A stretch of DNA of 62,351 bases, from NCBI GenBank assembly GCA_040382215.1, contig JBEIFW010000001.1, positions 1 through 62,351 on the forward strand. The letters run 5' to 3'. A program made the translations under genes and the position numbers. Shown here in pieces: positions 19,318 to 27,430 of the stretch (positions are counted from its first letter, which is position 1; the number at the start of each line of letters is the position of its first letter). Source of the stretch: Acidimicrobiales bacterium (GTDB lineage: Bacteria; Actinomycetota; Acidimicrobiia; Acidimicrobiales; Ilumatobacteraceae). Below the pieces are notes generated by a model. It was not told the origin of the DNA and ran no database searches. It saw only the letters and a program-made list of their open reading frames with translations.

Positions 19318-20288
19318 CCCGTCCCGTACCGTGACGCAAGCCCGCCGACGACGGCTGCGAACTCGTTCACGGTGCGGGAGATGATCTCGGCGGCCGGGAG
19401 GATCTCCTCGATGCGGCCAGCCACCTGGCCGAGCTGCGGCAGCGACGCCTCGAGGTCCCCCTCGCCGTAGAGCTTGGCGATGTCGCCGAGCAACGCCATC
19501 GGGTTGCCCTCGTTGGCGAGTTCGAACCGGGCCGTCGTGTGGGTGCGCAACACCCGGACGGGCTTGCCGTTGTGCTGGTTGATCAGCATCGTGTCGGTCT
19601 CGGCCGCGTCGACGACGGCCTGCTTCATGTTGTGGTGCACCCCGGCCTCCGCCGAGGCCACGAACCGGGTGCCCATCTGGACTCCCTCGGCCCCGAGGGC
19701 GAACGCCGCCGCCATCGACGCTCCGTCGGCGATACCCCCGGCGGCGATGATCGGGACGTCGAGCCGCGAGGCCACCGCGGGGAGTAGCACCATCGAGGAC
19801 ACCTCCCGAGGGTTCTTGAATCCGGCGCCCTCGCTGCCTTCGACCACGAGGCCGTCGACCCCGGCATCCACGGCTTTGCGGGCTGCGGTCAGGCTCGGCA
19901 CGACGTGGAACACGGTGAGGCCGTCCGCCTTCAGCCGGGCCGTGAACGTCGCCGGTGATCCGGCCGAGGTGGTGACGAATGGGATCCCTTCGGAGACGAC
20001 CACGTCGATCACCGTCGGGTCCGACAGGAACGCGATCGGCAGGTTGACCCCGAACGGCGCATCGGTACGGTCCCGCACCGTACGGATCGCCTCCCGGGTA
20101 GCCGTAGGTCCGAGCGAACCGGGGACGAGCCCGATCGCACCGGCCTCGGCCACGGCAGCCACGAGTTCGGGCCCCGCCACCCACCCCATGGGTGCCTGCA
20201 CGATGGGGATCCGCACCCCGAGCATGCGGGTCACGCGGTTGTCGAACGCAAGGGCGGTCGTCACGGGCACTCCTCGGGATTCAACCAA
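19311..20288 (-). CDS. nitronate monooxygenase-like FMN oxidoreductase (second paralogue)
   Basis: 325 aa. MLGVRIPIVQAPMGWVAG ... VVEGSEGAGF ... AAGGIADGASMAAAFALGAEGVQMGTRF. It overlaps the upstream ABC ATPase stop by 8 nt. Confidence 0.85.
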   Translation of the reverse strand: MVESRGVPVTTALAFDNRVTRMLGVRIPIVQAPMGWVAGPELVAAVAEAGAIGLVPGSLGPTATREAIRTVRDRTDAPFGVNLPIAFLSDPTVIDVVVSEGIPFVTTSAGSPATFTARLKADGLTVFHVVPSLTAARKAVDAGVDGLVVEGSEGAGFKNPREVSSMVLLPAVASRLDVPIIAAGGIADGASMAAAFALGAEGVQMGTRFVASAEAGVHHNMKQAVVDAAETDTMLINQHNGKPVRVLRTHTTARFELANEGNPMALLGDIAKLYGEGDLEASLPQLGQVAGRIEEILPAAEIISRTVNEFAAVVGGLASRYGTGV

Positions 20289-21270
20289 CAGGGGAAGGAC
20301 GACCGGCCACGCGCAACGGGTGGTGGCAGCGCAGCAGTCGATCGTCCACGATCGCCTGGGGTGGCGTCACGGTGTCGCACTGGTCGTCGCGAGCGCTGCA
20401 ACGGAAGCGGTAATGGCAGCCGGCGCTGCCATCGGGCGGGACCGCCTTGGTGTCGGCGTCGTCGGTGTCGGCAAGGGACTCGAGCGACGACGCCGTGACG
20501 AGCGCATCGGTGTAATGGTGCGACGGCCCGTCGAGCACCTCGACGGCGGGACCCTGCTCGACGATCCGGCCGCGATACATGACAGCGACCTCGTGGCACA
20601 GGTGGCGTACGAGCCGCAGGTCGTGACCCACGAACACGTAGGTGACCCCGAGGCGATCCTGCAGGTCGAGCAACAGGTTCACGATCTGGGCGCTCACCGA
20701 CACGTCGAGCGCCGAGAGCGGCTCGTCGAGGACGATCACCTCGGGCTCCGACGAGATGGCCCGGGCGATCGCAATCCGCTGGCGTTGGCCACCGGAGAGC
20801 TGGTGCGGGTAGCGATCGGCGGCGGTGACCCCGAGACCGACGAGCTCGAGCAGCTCCATCGCCCGGTCCCGCCGAGCCTTACGGTCGGCCGACCTCTCGA
20901 TCGCCGCCTGCTCGGTGATCGCGTCCCAGATCCGCATGCGGGGGTTGAGCGAGCTGTACGGGTTCTGGAACACGGCTGCGACCCCGTGCCGGTAACCGCG
21001 CAACTCGGTGGGCGACATCCCAGCGAGCGGCGTGCCCTCGAACACGACGTCACCGCGCGTCGGACGTTCGAGCGCGAGCAACATGCGGGTCAGGGTCGTC
21101 TTTCCGCTGCCCGACTCCCCGACGAGTCCCAGCGTGCGCCCGCGTCGCACGACAATGTCGACATCGTCGAGCGCGTGGACGGTGCCCCCGCCGGGAGCCT
21201 GGTACACCTTGGTGACGCTGCGGGCCTCGAGTACGGCCTCCGTGCGGGCCGTCGTCGTCATGGCGTTCAT
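20281..21270 (-). CDS. ABC transporter ATP-binding protein (Dpp/Opp F-type)
   Basis: MNAMTTTARTEAVLEARSVTKVY. It has Walker A GESGSGKTT, signature LSGGQRQR and the C-terminal oligopeptide-type extension. ATG at 21270 overlaps the upstream stop (ATGA). Confidence 0.9.
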   Translation of the reverse strand: MNAMTTTARTEAVLEARSVTKVYQAPGGGTVHALDDVDIVVRRGRTLGLVGESGSGKTTLTRMLLALERPTRGDVVFEGTPLAGMSPTELRGYRHGVAAVFQNPYSSLNPRMRIWDAITEQAAIERSADRKARRDRAMELLELVGLGVTAADRYPHQLSGGQRQRIAIARAISSEPEVIVLDEPLSALDVSVSAQIVNLLLDLQDRLGVTYVFVGHDLRLVRHLCHEVAVMYRGRIVEQGPAVEVLDGPSHHYTDALVTASSLESLADTDDADTKAVPPDGSAGCHYRFRCSARDDQCDTVTPPQAIVDDRLLRCHHPLRVAGRPSPVG

Positions 21271-22220
21271 GACTGTCCTGCCTTGATGCAGCGCACCTTC
21301 ACCGCGCCGTGGACCTCGACGGCCGGGACGGCATCGGAACATGCCGGCTCGGCGAGTGGGCAGCGCGGTGCGAACGGGCACCCCGCCGGCATCGCCGTGA
21401 GCGACGGGGGTTGACCGGGGATCGCCCGAAGCCGGGATTGTGGCTCGGCGTTGCCGGAGTCCGCATCGAGCAGCGCCCGGCTGTACGGGTGCAACGGACG
21501 ATCCATGATCGTGCCGATCGGGCCGGTCTCCACCACGATGCCGCCGTACATGACCGCGACCTCCTGGCACACGAGGCGGGCGACAGCGAGATCGTGGGTC
21601 ACGAAGAGCATCGTGAGGTCGCGCTCCCGGCGCATCTCGTCGAGCAACCGCAGGATCCCGAGCTGGGTCGTCACGTCGAGCGCCGTCGTGGGTTCGTCGG
21701 CGATGAGCAGCGACGGGTTCTTGGCGAGCGCGATGGCGATCGCGACCCGCTGGCGCATCCCACCGGAGAACTCGTGCGGGTAGCTCTTGAGTCGCTTGCG
21801 CGCGTCGATGACGCCGAGCCGCTCGAGGAGGGCGACCATCCGCTCGTCCCGTTCGAGCTTCGACGCCGGCGGGCACACGTCCGCGATCTGTGAACGCACC
21901 GTGTAGAGCGGGTCGAGGGCGACGGTTGGGTCCTGGGGGACGTAGCCGATCTCGTTCAGCAGCACGTTGCGCATCGCGGACTGGCTGAGCGAGAGCAGCT
22001 CGTTGTCGTCGAGCCGGATGCTTCCTCCGACGATGTCCCCGAGCGGCCGGCGGATCAGGCGCATGATGCTCAACGCCGCGGTGCTCTTGCCGCAGCCCGA
22101 TTCGCCCACGAGCGCGGTCGCCGAGCCGGAGTTGATGTGGAGATCGATCCCGCGCACCGCCGGGATGGGATCGCGTCCCCCGGCGAGGTAGATGGTCTGG
22201 AGACCTTGCACGTCGAGCAC
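21267..22220 (-). CDS. ABC transporter ATP-binding protein (Dpp/Opp D-type)
   Basis: VLDVQGLQTIYLAGG ..., with Walker A GESGCGKST and signature FSGGMRQR. GTG at 22220 lies 4 nt after the permease stop. Confidence 0.9.
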   Translation of the reverse strand: MLDVQGLQTIYLAGGRDPIPAVRGIDLHINSGSATALVGESGCGKSTAALSIMRLIRRPLGDIVGGSIRLDDNELLSLSQSAMRNVLLNEIGYVPQDPTVALDPLYTVRSQIADVCPPASKLERDERMVALLERLGVIDARKRLKSYPHEFSGGMRQRVAIAIALAKNPSLLIADEPTTALDVTTQLGILRLLDEMRRERDLTMLFVTHDLAVARLVCQEVAVMYGGIVVETGPIGTIMDRPLHPYSRALLDADSGNAEPQSRLRAIPGQPPSLTAMPAGCPFAPRCPLAEPACSDAVPAVEVHGAVKVRCIKAGQS

Positions 22221-22224
22221 GGCG

Positions 22225-23130
22225 CTACCTCTTGGTGGTGGGGTCGTTGTTGACGCGCAGCCAGTCCCCGAGCAGGTTCGACGCGAGCACCGTGAGGCTG
22301 AGCGCAATGCCCGGCATGATCGGGAGCCACCAGGCCTCGTCGAGGTACTTCCGCCCGTCGGACAGCATCCGCCCCCACGACGGTGCCGGTGGCGGCACGC
22401 CGAGGCCGAGGAAGCTGAGCGAGCCCTCGGCGATGATGGCGAGCCCGACCTGGAGGCTGACGAGCACAAGGATCGTCGGCAGGATGTTGGGCAAGATGTG
22501 GCGGCGCACGGCCCACCGACCGTTGCCGCCCATGGTTCGTGACATCGTCACGTAGTCCATCGTCTTGGTGCGCAGGACCTCGCTGCGCAGTACCCGCGCG
22601 TAACTGGGCCAGCCGGCGACGGTCAGGATGATGACGACGTTCAACGTGCTGGCCCCGAAGATGCCGACGATCACGATGGCCAGCAGGATCACCGGGAACG
22701 CCATGCTCGCGTCCGTGGTGCGCATCAGGAACGCATCGAGCCGACCACCCCGGTAGCCCGAGATCAGTGCCACGGCGAGGCCGACCGCTCCGGCCAGGAC
22801 CACGGCGGCGATCGTGACGATCAACGCGACGCGAGCACCGTCGAGCAGCCGGCTCAAGATGTCCCGGCCGAGTTCATCGGTACCGAGCGGTCGACTCCAC
22901 GAGCCGCCGAAGCCGATCGGGGGCTGGAGCGCGTTGGCCAGATCGATACCGGTGGGCTCCGCCGGGGCCACCAACGGGCCGATCAGCCCGCTGAGGACGA
23001 ACAGCGCGAGGACGCCCCCGGAGAAATAGGGGTACTTCCAGCGGCGCCGGTTGGCGAGCCGGGACCGCAGGCCCGACGCCGGACGCGCCACCGTGGGACG
23101 ATCAGCTTGCAGTGGCGACGCCACGGCCAC
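22225..23130 (-). CDS. ABC transporter permease (Dpp/Opp C-type)
   Basis: 301 aa, multi-TM, with the EAA-like loop (MSRTMGGNGRWAVRRHILPNILP). The start may be a few codons downstream, since the track start overlaps the upstream gene by 29 nt. Confidence 0.88.
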   Translation of the reverse strand: MAVASPLQADRPTVARPASGLRSRLANRRRWKYPYFSGGVLALFVLSGLIGPLVAPAEPTGIDLANALQPPIGFGGSWSRPLGTDELGRDILSRLLDGARVALIVTIAAVVLAGAVGLAVALISGYRGGRLDAFLMRTTDASMAFPVILLAIVIVGIFGASTLNVVIILTVAGWPSYARVLRSEVLRTKTMDYVTMSRTMGGNGRWAVRRHILPNILPTILVLVSLQVGLAIIAEGSLSFLGLGVPPPAPSWGRMLSDGRKYLDEAWWLPIMPGIALSLTVLASNLLGDWLRVNNDPTTKR

Positions 23131-24040
23131 GCCTCCTCACCCGGGGATCGAGCAGGCCGTACGAGATGTCGACCAGCAGCAGGATGGTCACGAAGATCGT
23201 GGTGTTCACGAGCACGACGCCCTGCACCACGTTGTAGTCACGGGCGTTGATCGCCTGGATCGCCACCTGACCCATACCGGGCCATGCGTACAGCGTCTCG
23301 ACGATCACCGCTCCCGAGAACATCGCACCGAGTTGGATACCGGCGAGGGTGACAACCGGGAGCGAGGCATTGCGGAGGGTGTGCACGATCAGGCTCACCA
23401 TCGACACACCCTTGGCGCGCATGAACAGCGTGTGGTCCTTGCGCAACACCTCGATCACCGCCGACCGGGTGAGCCGAGTGAGCGAGGCGAGCGGGTAGGC
23501 CCCCAGCGTCACGGCCGGCAGGACCAGGTTCGTGCCGATGCCATACCCGAAGGCCGGGAACCAACCCATCCGGACGGCGAAGAACAGCACCAGCAAGATG
23601 CCGAGGAAGAACGAGGGCACGGACTGGCCCAGGAGGGCCAGTCCCTTGCCCAGGCTGTCGAACCAGCTCCCCGGCTTGAGCGCCGAGAGCACCCCGATCG
23701 ACACCCCGAAGGTCACCGCGAACAAGAAGGCGGCGGCACCGAGCTGCAGCGTCTTGGGCAACGCGGTCTTGAGCAGGGTGGCCACTTCCGTGCGGTACGA
23801 GAAGGACTGACCCAGATCGCCCCGGACGACGTCGGCGAGGTACGAGGTGTACTGCGTGAACAGCGGCCGATCGAGTCCGAGATTGGCCTCGATCTGCGCC
23901 TTGGTCTCAGGTGGGGCGTCCTGCGGGATCAGCAGATCGGCGACATCCCCGCTCGCCCGGCTGAGCAGGAACACCACCGTCGCAACGACCCACAGGACGA
24001 GGACGGCCTGACCCAGCCGGGCGAGGATGTACCGGGGCAT
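23102..24040 (-). CDS. ABC transporter permease (Dpp/Opp B-type)
   Basis: 312 aa. MPRYILARLGQAVLVLWVVATVVFLL ... MRAKGVSMVSLIVHTLRNASLPVVT is the typical BPD_transp_1 permease pattern. Confidence 0.9.
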   Translation of the reverse strand: MPRYILARLGQAVLVLWVVATVVFLLSRASGDVADLLIPQDAPPETKAQIEANLGLDRPLFTQYTSYLADVVRGDLGQSFSYRTEVATLLKTALPKTLQLGAAAFLFAVTFGVSIGVLSALKPGSWFDSLGKGLALLGQSVPSFFLGILLVLFFAVRMGWFPAFGYGIGTNLVLPAVTLGAYPLASLTRLTRSAVIEVLRKDHTLFMRAKGVSMVSLIVHTLRNASLPVVTLAGIQLGAMFSGAVIVETLYAWPGMGQVAIQAINARDYNVVQGVVLVNTTIFVTILLLVDISYGLLDPRVRRRGRGVATAS

Positions 24041-24046
24041 CGGTCG

Positions 24047-25810
24047 CTACTTCGCGACGATCCAGGAGGTGGGGCCGGCGTAGGGGTTGGCCTCGATCGT
24101 GGCGAACGACACCACGTTCGGGCCGGTGACCACCAGCGACGACACCGTGATGATCGGCAGACCGAACAGCTGGTCGTCGAGGTAGTCCACCGCCTGGCGA
24201 CCGAGCGCCGCGCGCTTGGTGGCGTCCATCTCGGCGTTGATCTGATCGACGAGGTCGTCGATCTTCTTGTCGCCAGTGATCGTGGTGTACGGAGCCCGGG
24301 ACGAGAAGAACGAGTTGCCCAGCATGCGGATCGGCTCGACGTAGAAGCTCGACGGACCCGCGATCATCGCCGCACCCTTGATTACGTTCTTGGCCCGCCA
24401 CTGCGGCAGGAACGTGGCGGCCTCCACGGCGTTCAAGGTGGCCTTGACGCCGATCTGGCCCCAGAAGGCGATGATCGTCTCGGCGAGCTTCTGGATGTCG
24501 GGCACGGTCGAGGTCGCGGTGTAGGTGTTGAGCGTGATGGACAGGTTCGACTGCCCGGCCTCGGCGAGGAGCTTCTTTGCGCCGTCCGGGTCGTAGGGAA
24601 CGGCCTTGCGGTCGGGGTTGAAGCCCGGGGTGATCGTCGGGAAGTTGCTCGTGGGCACCCGGGCGTAGCCCTTGTAGAGCGTCTTCGCGATGGCCGCCCG
24701 GTCGATGGCCATCATCAGCGCCATACGAACCTTCTGGTCCTTCAGCGGGGAGGGCTGGTCCGGGTAGTTGTTGTCGTACATCATGCAGAAGCCGGTGCCG
24801 GTGTTCGGCACCTCGTTGATCTTGAAGTTCGACTCGCTCTTGAACCCGTCGGCGGTGGTGGCCGTGAGGCCGAAGGCGACGTCGATCGTGCCGGTCTTCA
24901 GACCGGCGACGCGAGCCGATTCCTCGGGGACGATCGCGTAGACGAGCTTCTTCCAGTTGGGCCGGCGGGCCGGATCGAAGTAGGCGTCGTGACGCTCGTA
25001 CTTCACGTTCTGGTTGAGCTCCTGGGATACGAACTTCCACGGGCCGCAGGCGACCGGCTTCTTGCGGAACTCCGCGTCGCCGACCTTCTTGAAGTACTCG
25101 GTCGAGATCGGCATCGGCATGTCGACCACGAGCGTGGCGTACGGCGTCTTGGTGAGGATCTCGACCGTCTGCGGGTCGACCACGTTGGCCCCCGTGACCT
25201 GGGCCTTGAAGTTCGCCAAGTGGGTGAAATCGGCGCCCTGGAGGATGCGGTCGATCGAGGTCTTGATGTCGGTTGCCGTGAACTCCGTGCCGTCGTGGTG
25301 CTTGACGCCGGTGCGCAGCTTGAAGGTCCACTTCAGCTTGTCGTCAGACAGCGTGTACCCGGTGGCGAGGCTGGGCACGAACTGGCCCTTGAGGTTCTGG
25401 GCGTACAGGAACTCGCCGATCGCGTCGCGCAACGGGAAGATCAGACCGCCGGTCGCGAAGTGCGGATCGACGTTGGCTTCCTGGAGGCTCGGCACGGCGA
25501 TCGTGAGCGTCTCGGTCTTGGCCTCGGGCCGGGCCGCCGCGGTCGTGGTGGTCGCCGAGGTGGTCGTGGGTGTGGCCGTGCTACCCGGGATCGTGTTGGC
25601 CGATGTCGGCGCTGCGGTGGTCGTCGCTCCGGTCGTCGTCGTGGCAGTGCTGTCGTCGCCGCACGCGGCCAGCAAGGCCCCGAGGGCGAGCGCACCGCCA
25701 CCGGCGAGCAGCGTGCGGCGGGACAGACCGCCGAAGCCGAAGGTGCCCGGCTCGATCGGCGGCATGGACTCGTCGTGGTGGTACAGGACCGGGTCGTCGT
25801 GGTCGGCCAT
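24047..25810 (-). CDS. ABC transporter substrate-binding lipoprotein (family 5, peptide/nickel type) with Tat-like signal
   Basis: ATG at 25810 follows AGGGGGA. The signal is SRRTLLAGGGALALGALLAACGDD (twin-Arg plus lipobox), followed by a Thr/Ala-rich linker and then the SBP_bac_5 body. Confidence 0.9.
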   Translation of the reverse strand: MADHDDPVLYHHDESMPPIEPGTFGFGGLSRRTLLAGGGALALGALLAACGDDSTATTTTGATTTAAPTSANTIPGSTATPTTTSATTTTAAARPEAKTETLTIAVPSLQEANVDPHFATGGLIFPLRDAIGEFLYAQNLKGQFVPSLATGYTLSDDKLKWTFKLRTGVKHHDGTEFTATDIKTSIDRILQGADFTHLANFKAQVTGANVVDPQTVEILTKTPYATLVVDMPMPISTEYFKKVGDAEFRKKPVACGPWKFVSQELNQNVKYERHDAYFDPARRPNWKKLVYAIVPEESARVAGLKTGTIDVAFGLTATTADGFKSESNFKINEVPNTGTGFCMMYDNNYPDQPSPLKDQKVRMALMMAIDRAAIAKTLYKGYARVPTSNFPTITPGFNPDRKAVPYDPDGAKKLLAEAGQSNLSITLNTYTATSTVPDIQKLAETIIAFWGQIGVKATLNAVEAATFLPQWRAKNVIKGAAMIAGPSSFYVEPIRMLGNSFFSSRAPYTTITGDKKIDDLVDQINAEMDATKRAALGRQAVDYLDDQLFGLPIITVSSLVVTGPNVVSFATIEANPYAGPTSWIVAK

Positions 25811-25943
25811 CGGGATCCCCCTGGATGAAATCGGCGTACTGGTGCGCCCGGGTGGGCACGGCGAGGGCACCCGCGAGACGCGAAACGTCGCCCCGCTACG
25901 CGGCGTGACGAGCCCGAACGACGGCTGTTCCCCTCGCTGGATT

Positions 25944-25965
25944 GTCTACCGTCCGTTTGATAGAT
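25944..25965. promoter_or_regulatory. 22-bp imperfect palindrome GTCTACC-GTCCGTTT-GATAGAT (operator copy 2) in the divergent ABC importer / dehydratase-like intergenic region
   Basis: Read directly. It sits in a visibly A/T-enriched stretch (25941-25980) of this intergenic region that also holds -35/-10-like hexamers (TTGTCT, GATAGT). It matches the reverse complement of 18550-18571 in 18 of 22 positions. Confidence 0.55.
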
Positions 25966-26023
25966 AGTGCAAGACCTGATCGGGCGTGAGGGGCGCCCGA
26001 CGGCACGATGGAGGGCCGCGGCT

Positions 26024-27418
26024 ATGGCACTGATGACCGGCGAGCAGTACAAGGCATCGCTCTTCGATGGGCGAGCGACCTACTTCGAGGGCGAGAAGGT
26101 CGACGACCTGCCCGGACACCGTTTCCTCGGTCCGGCCGTGCAGCACTGCGCCGACGGGTACGACTGGATGCTGGCCCGTGCCGTCGACGGCCGCAGCCCG
26201 CTGGCCGGCGTGCCGAGCACCCCCGACGAGCTGCGCGCCAAGGTCGACCTGGTGCACCAGTCGGGGATGATGAGCCACGTCACCTACACCTCGATCATGA
26301 CGCTGGCCACCGTGTGCGGGCGCCTGAACGAACATGCGCCGCATTACATCGAGCCCATGCAGGCATTCATGGAGGAGGCGCAACGCAACGACCTGCGCAT
26401 CACGCAGTGCATCACCGACGCCAAGGGCGACCGGTCCCGCGCGCCGAGCAAACAGGAGGACCCGGACTCCTACGTCCGCGTGGTCGATCGCCAGCGTGAC
26501 GGCGTCGTCGTGCGCGGGGCGAAACTCCACATCACCGGGGCGTCTCTCGGGCACGAGTTGATGACGATCCCGACCAAGGCGATGAAGACCGGCGAGGAGG
26601 ACTACGCCATTGCGGCGATGATCCCCGTCAACGCGCCCGGGGTGAAGATCATCAACACCACCTATGCGCCACGGCATGCCGACACCCGGGATTTCCCAGC
26701 ATCGGGCAGCAACCACTACCCCGAAGGGTTCGTGATCCTCGACGACGTGTTCGTGCCGAACGAACGGATCTTCCTGAACGGCGAGGTTGCCCACGCTGCG
26801 GTGTTCGCCCATTCCCTCGGCCTGTGGGAACGACTCGGCGGCCTGTCGTCGATGGCCGACGGCGCCGATCTCCTGGTGGGACTCGCGCAGCTGATCGCCG
26901 AGGCGAACGGCCTTGCCGGCGAGGCGCACGTCAAGGAGAAGATCTCCGAGATGATCATCCACGCCACCGTGGTGCGGGCCTGCCTCGAGGCGTGCCTCAC
27001 CCACTCCAAGGCCGGCCCGTTCGGCGCCATGTTCCCCGACGAGCTGTACACCAACGCCGGCAAGTACACCGGCGCGGCCAACTACAGCCTCATGGTTCGG
27101 CACCTGCACGACATCGCCGGCGGGGCCGTGGTGACCGCACCGTCGGTCGCTGATCTCGAAAGCCACGAGGTCGGTTCGCTCGCCAAGAAGTACATGACCG
27201 CGAACCCGGCCTTCGACGGCGAATACCGCACCCGGCTGTTCCACGCAATCCGCGACCTCACGGCTGATTCCTTCGGCGGCTGGAAGGCTGTCACCAACAT
27301 CCAGGCCGGTGGCGGGCTCTATGCGCAGCGGATCGTCACCCGCAAGCACTACGACCTCAATGCGGCCAAGGCCAAGGCGCTCGTGGCCGCCGGACTGGCC
27401 GAGGGCCACGACCACTAG
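26024..27418 (+). CDS. 4-hydroxybutyryl-CoA dehydratase / 4-hydroxyphenylacetate 3-hydroxylase (HpaB/AbfD) family protein
   Basis: MALMTGEQYKASLFDGRATYFEGEKVDD ... ITDAKGDRSRAPSKQEDPDSYVRVV ... VVVRGAKLHITG ... LDDVFVPNERIFL. ATG at 26024 lies 9 nt after GGAGGG. Confidence 0.85.
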   Translation: MALMTGEQYKASLFDGRATYFEGEKVDDLPGHRFLGPAVQHCADGYDWMLARAVDGRSPLAGVPSTPDELRAKVDLVHQSGMMSHVTYTSIMTLATVCGRLNEHAPHYIEPMQAFMEEAQRNDLRITQCITDAKGDRSRAPSKQEDPDSYVRVVDRQRDGVVVRGAKLHITGASLGHELMTIPTKAMKTGEEDYAIAAMIPVNAPGVKIINTTYAPRHADTRDFPASGSNHYPEGFVILDDVFVPNERIFLNGEVAHAAVFAHSLGLWERLGGLSSMADGADLLVGLAQLIAEANGLAGEAHVKEKISEMIIHATVVRACLEACLTHSKAGPFGAMFPDELYTNAGKYTGAANYSLMVRHLHDIAGGAVVTAPSVADLESHEVGSLAKKYMTANPAFDGEYRTRLFHAIRDLTADSFGGWKAVTNIQAGGGLYAQRIVTRKHYDLNAAKAKALVAAGLAEGHDH

Positions 27419-27430
27419 GCGTCGGACGCC

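Noticed and set aside
25811-25943. Riboswitch in the ~130-nt leader of the substrate-binding protein gene.
   Set aside because: There are several short GC stems but no recognisable conserved riboswitch core, such as a B12 box. The length alone is not evidence.
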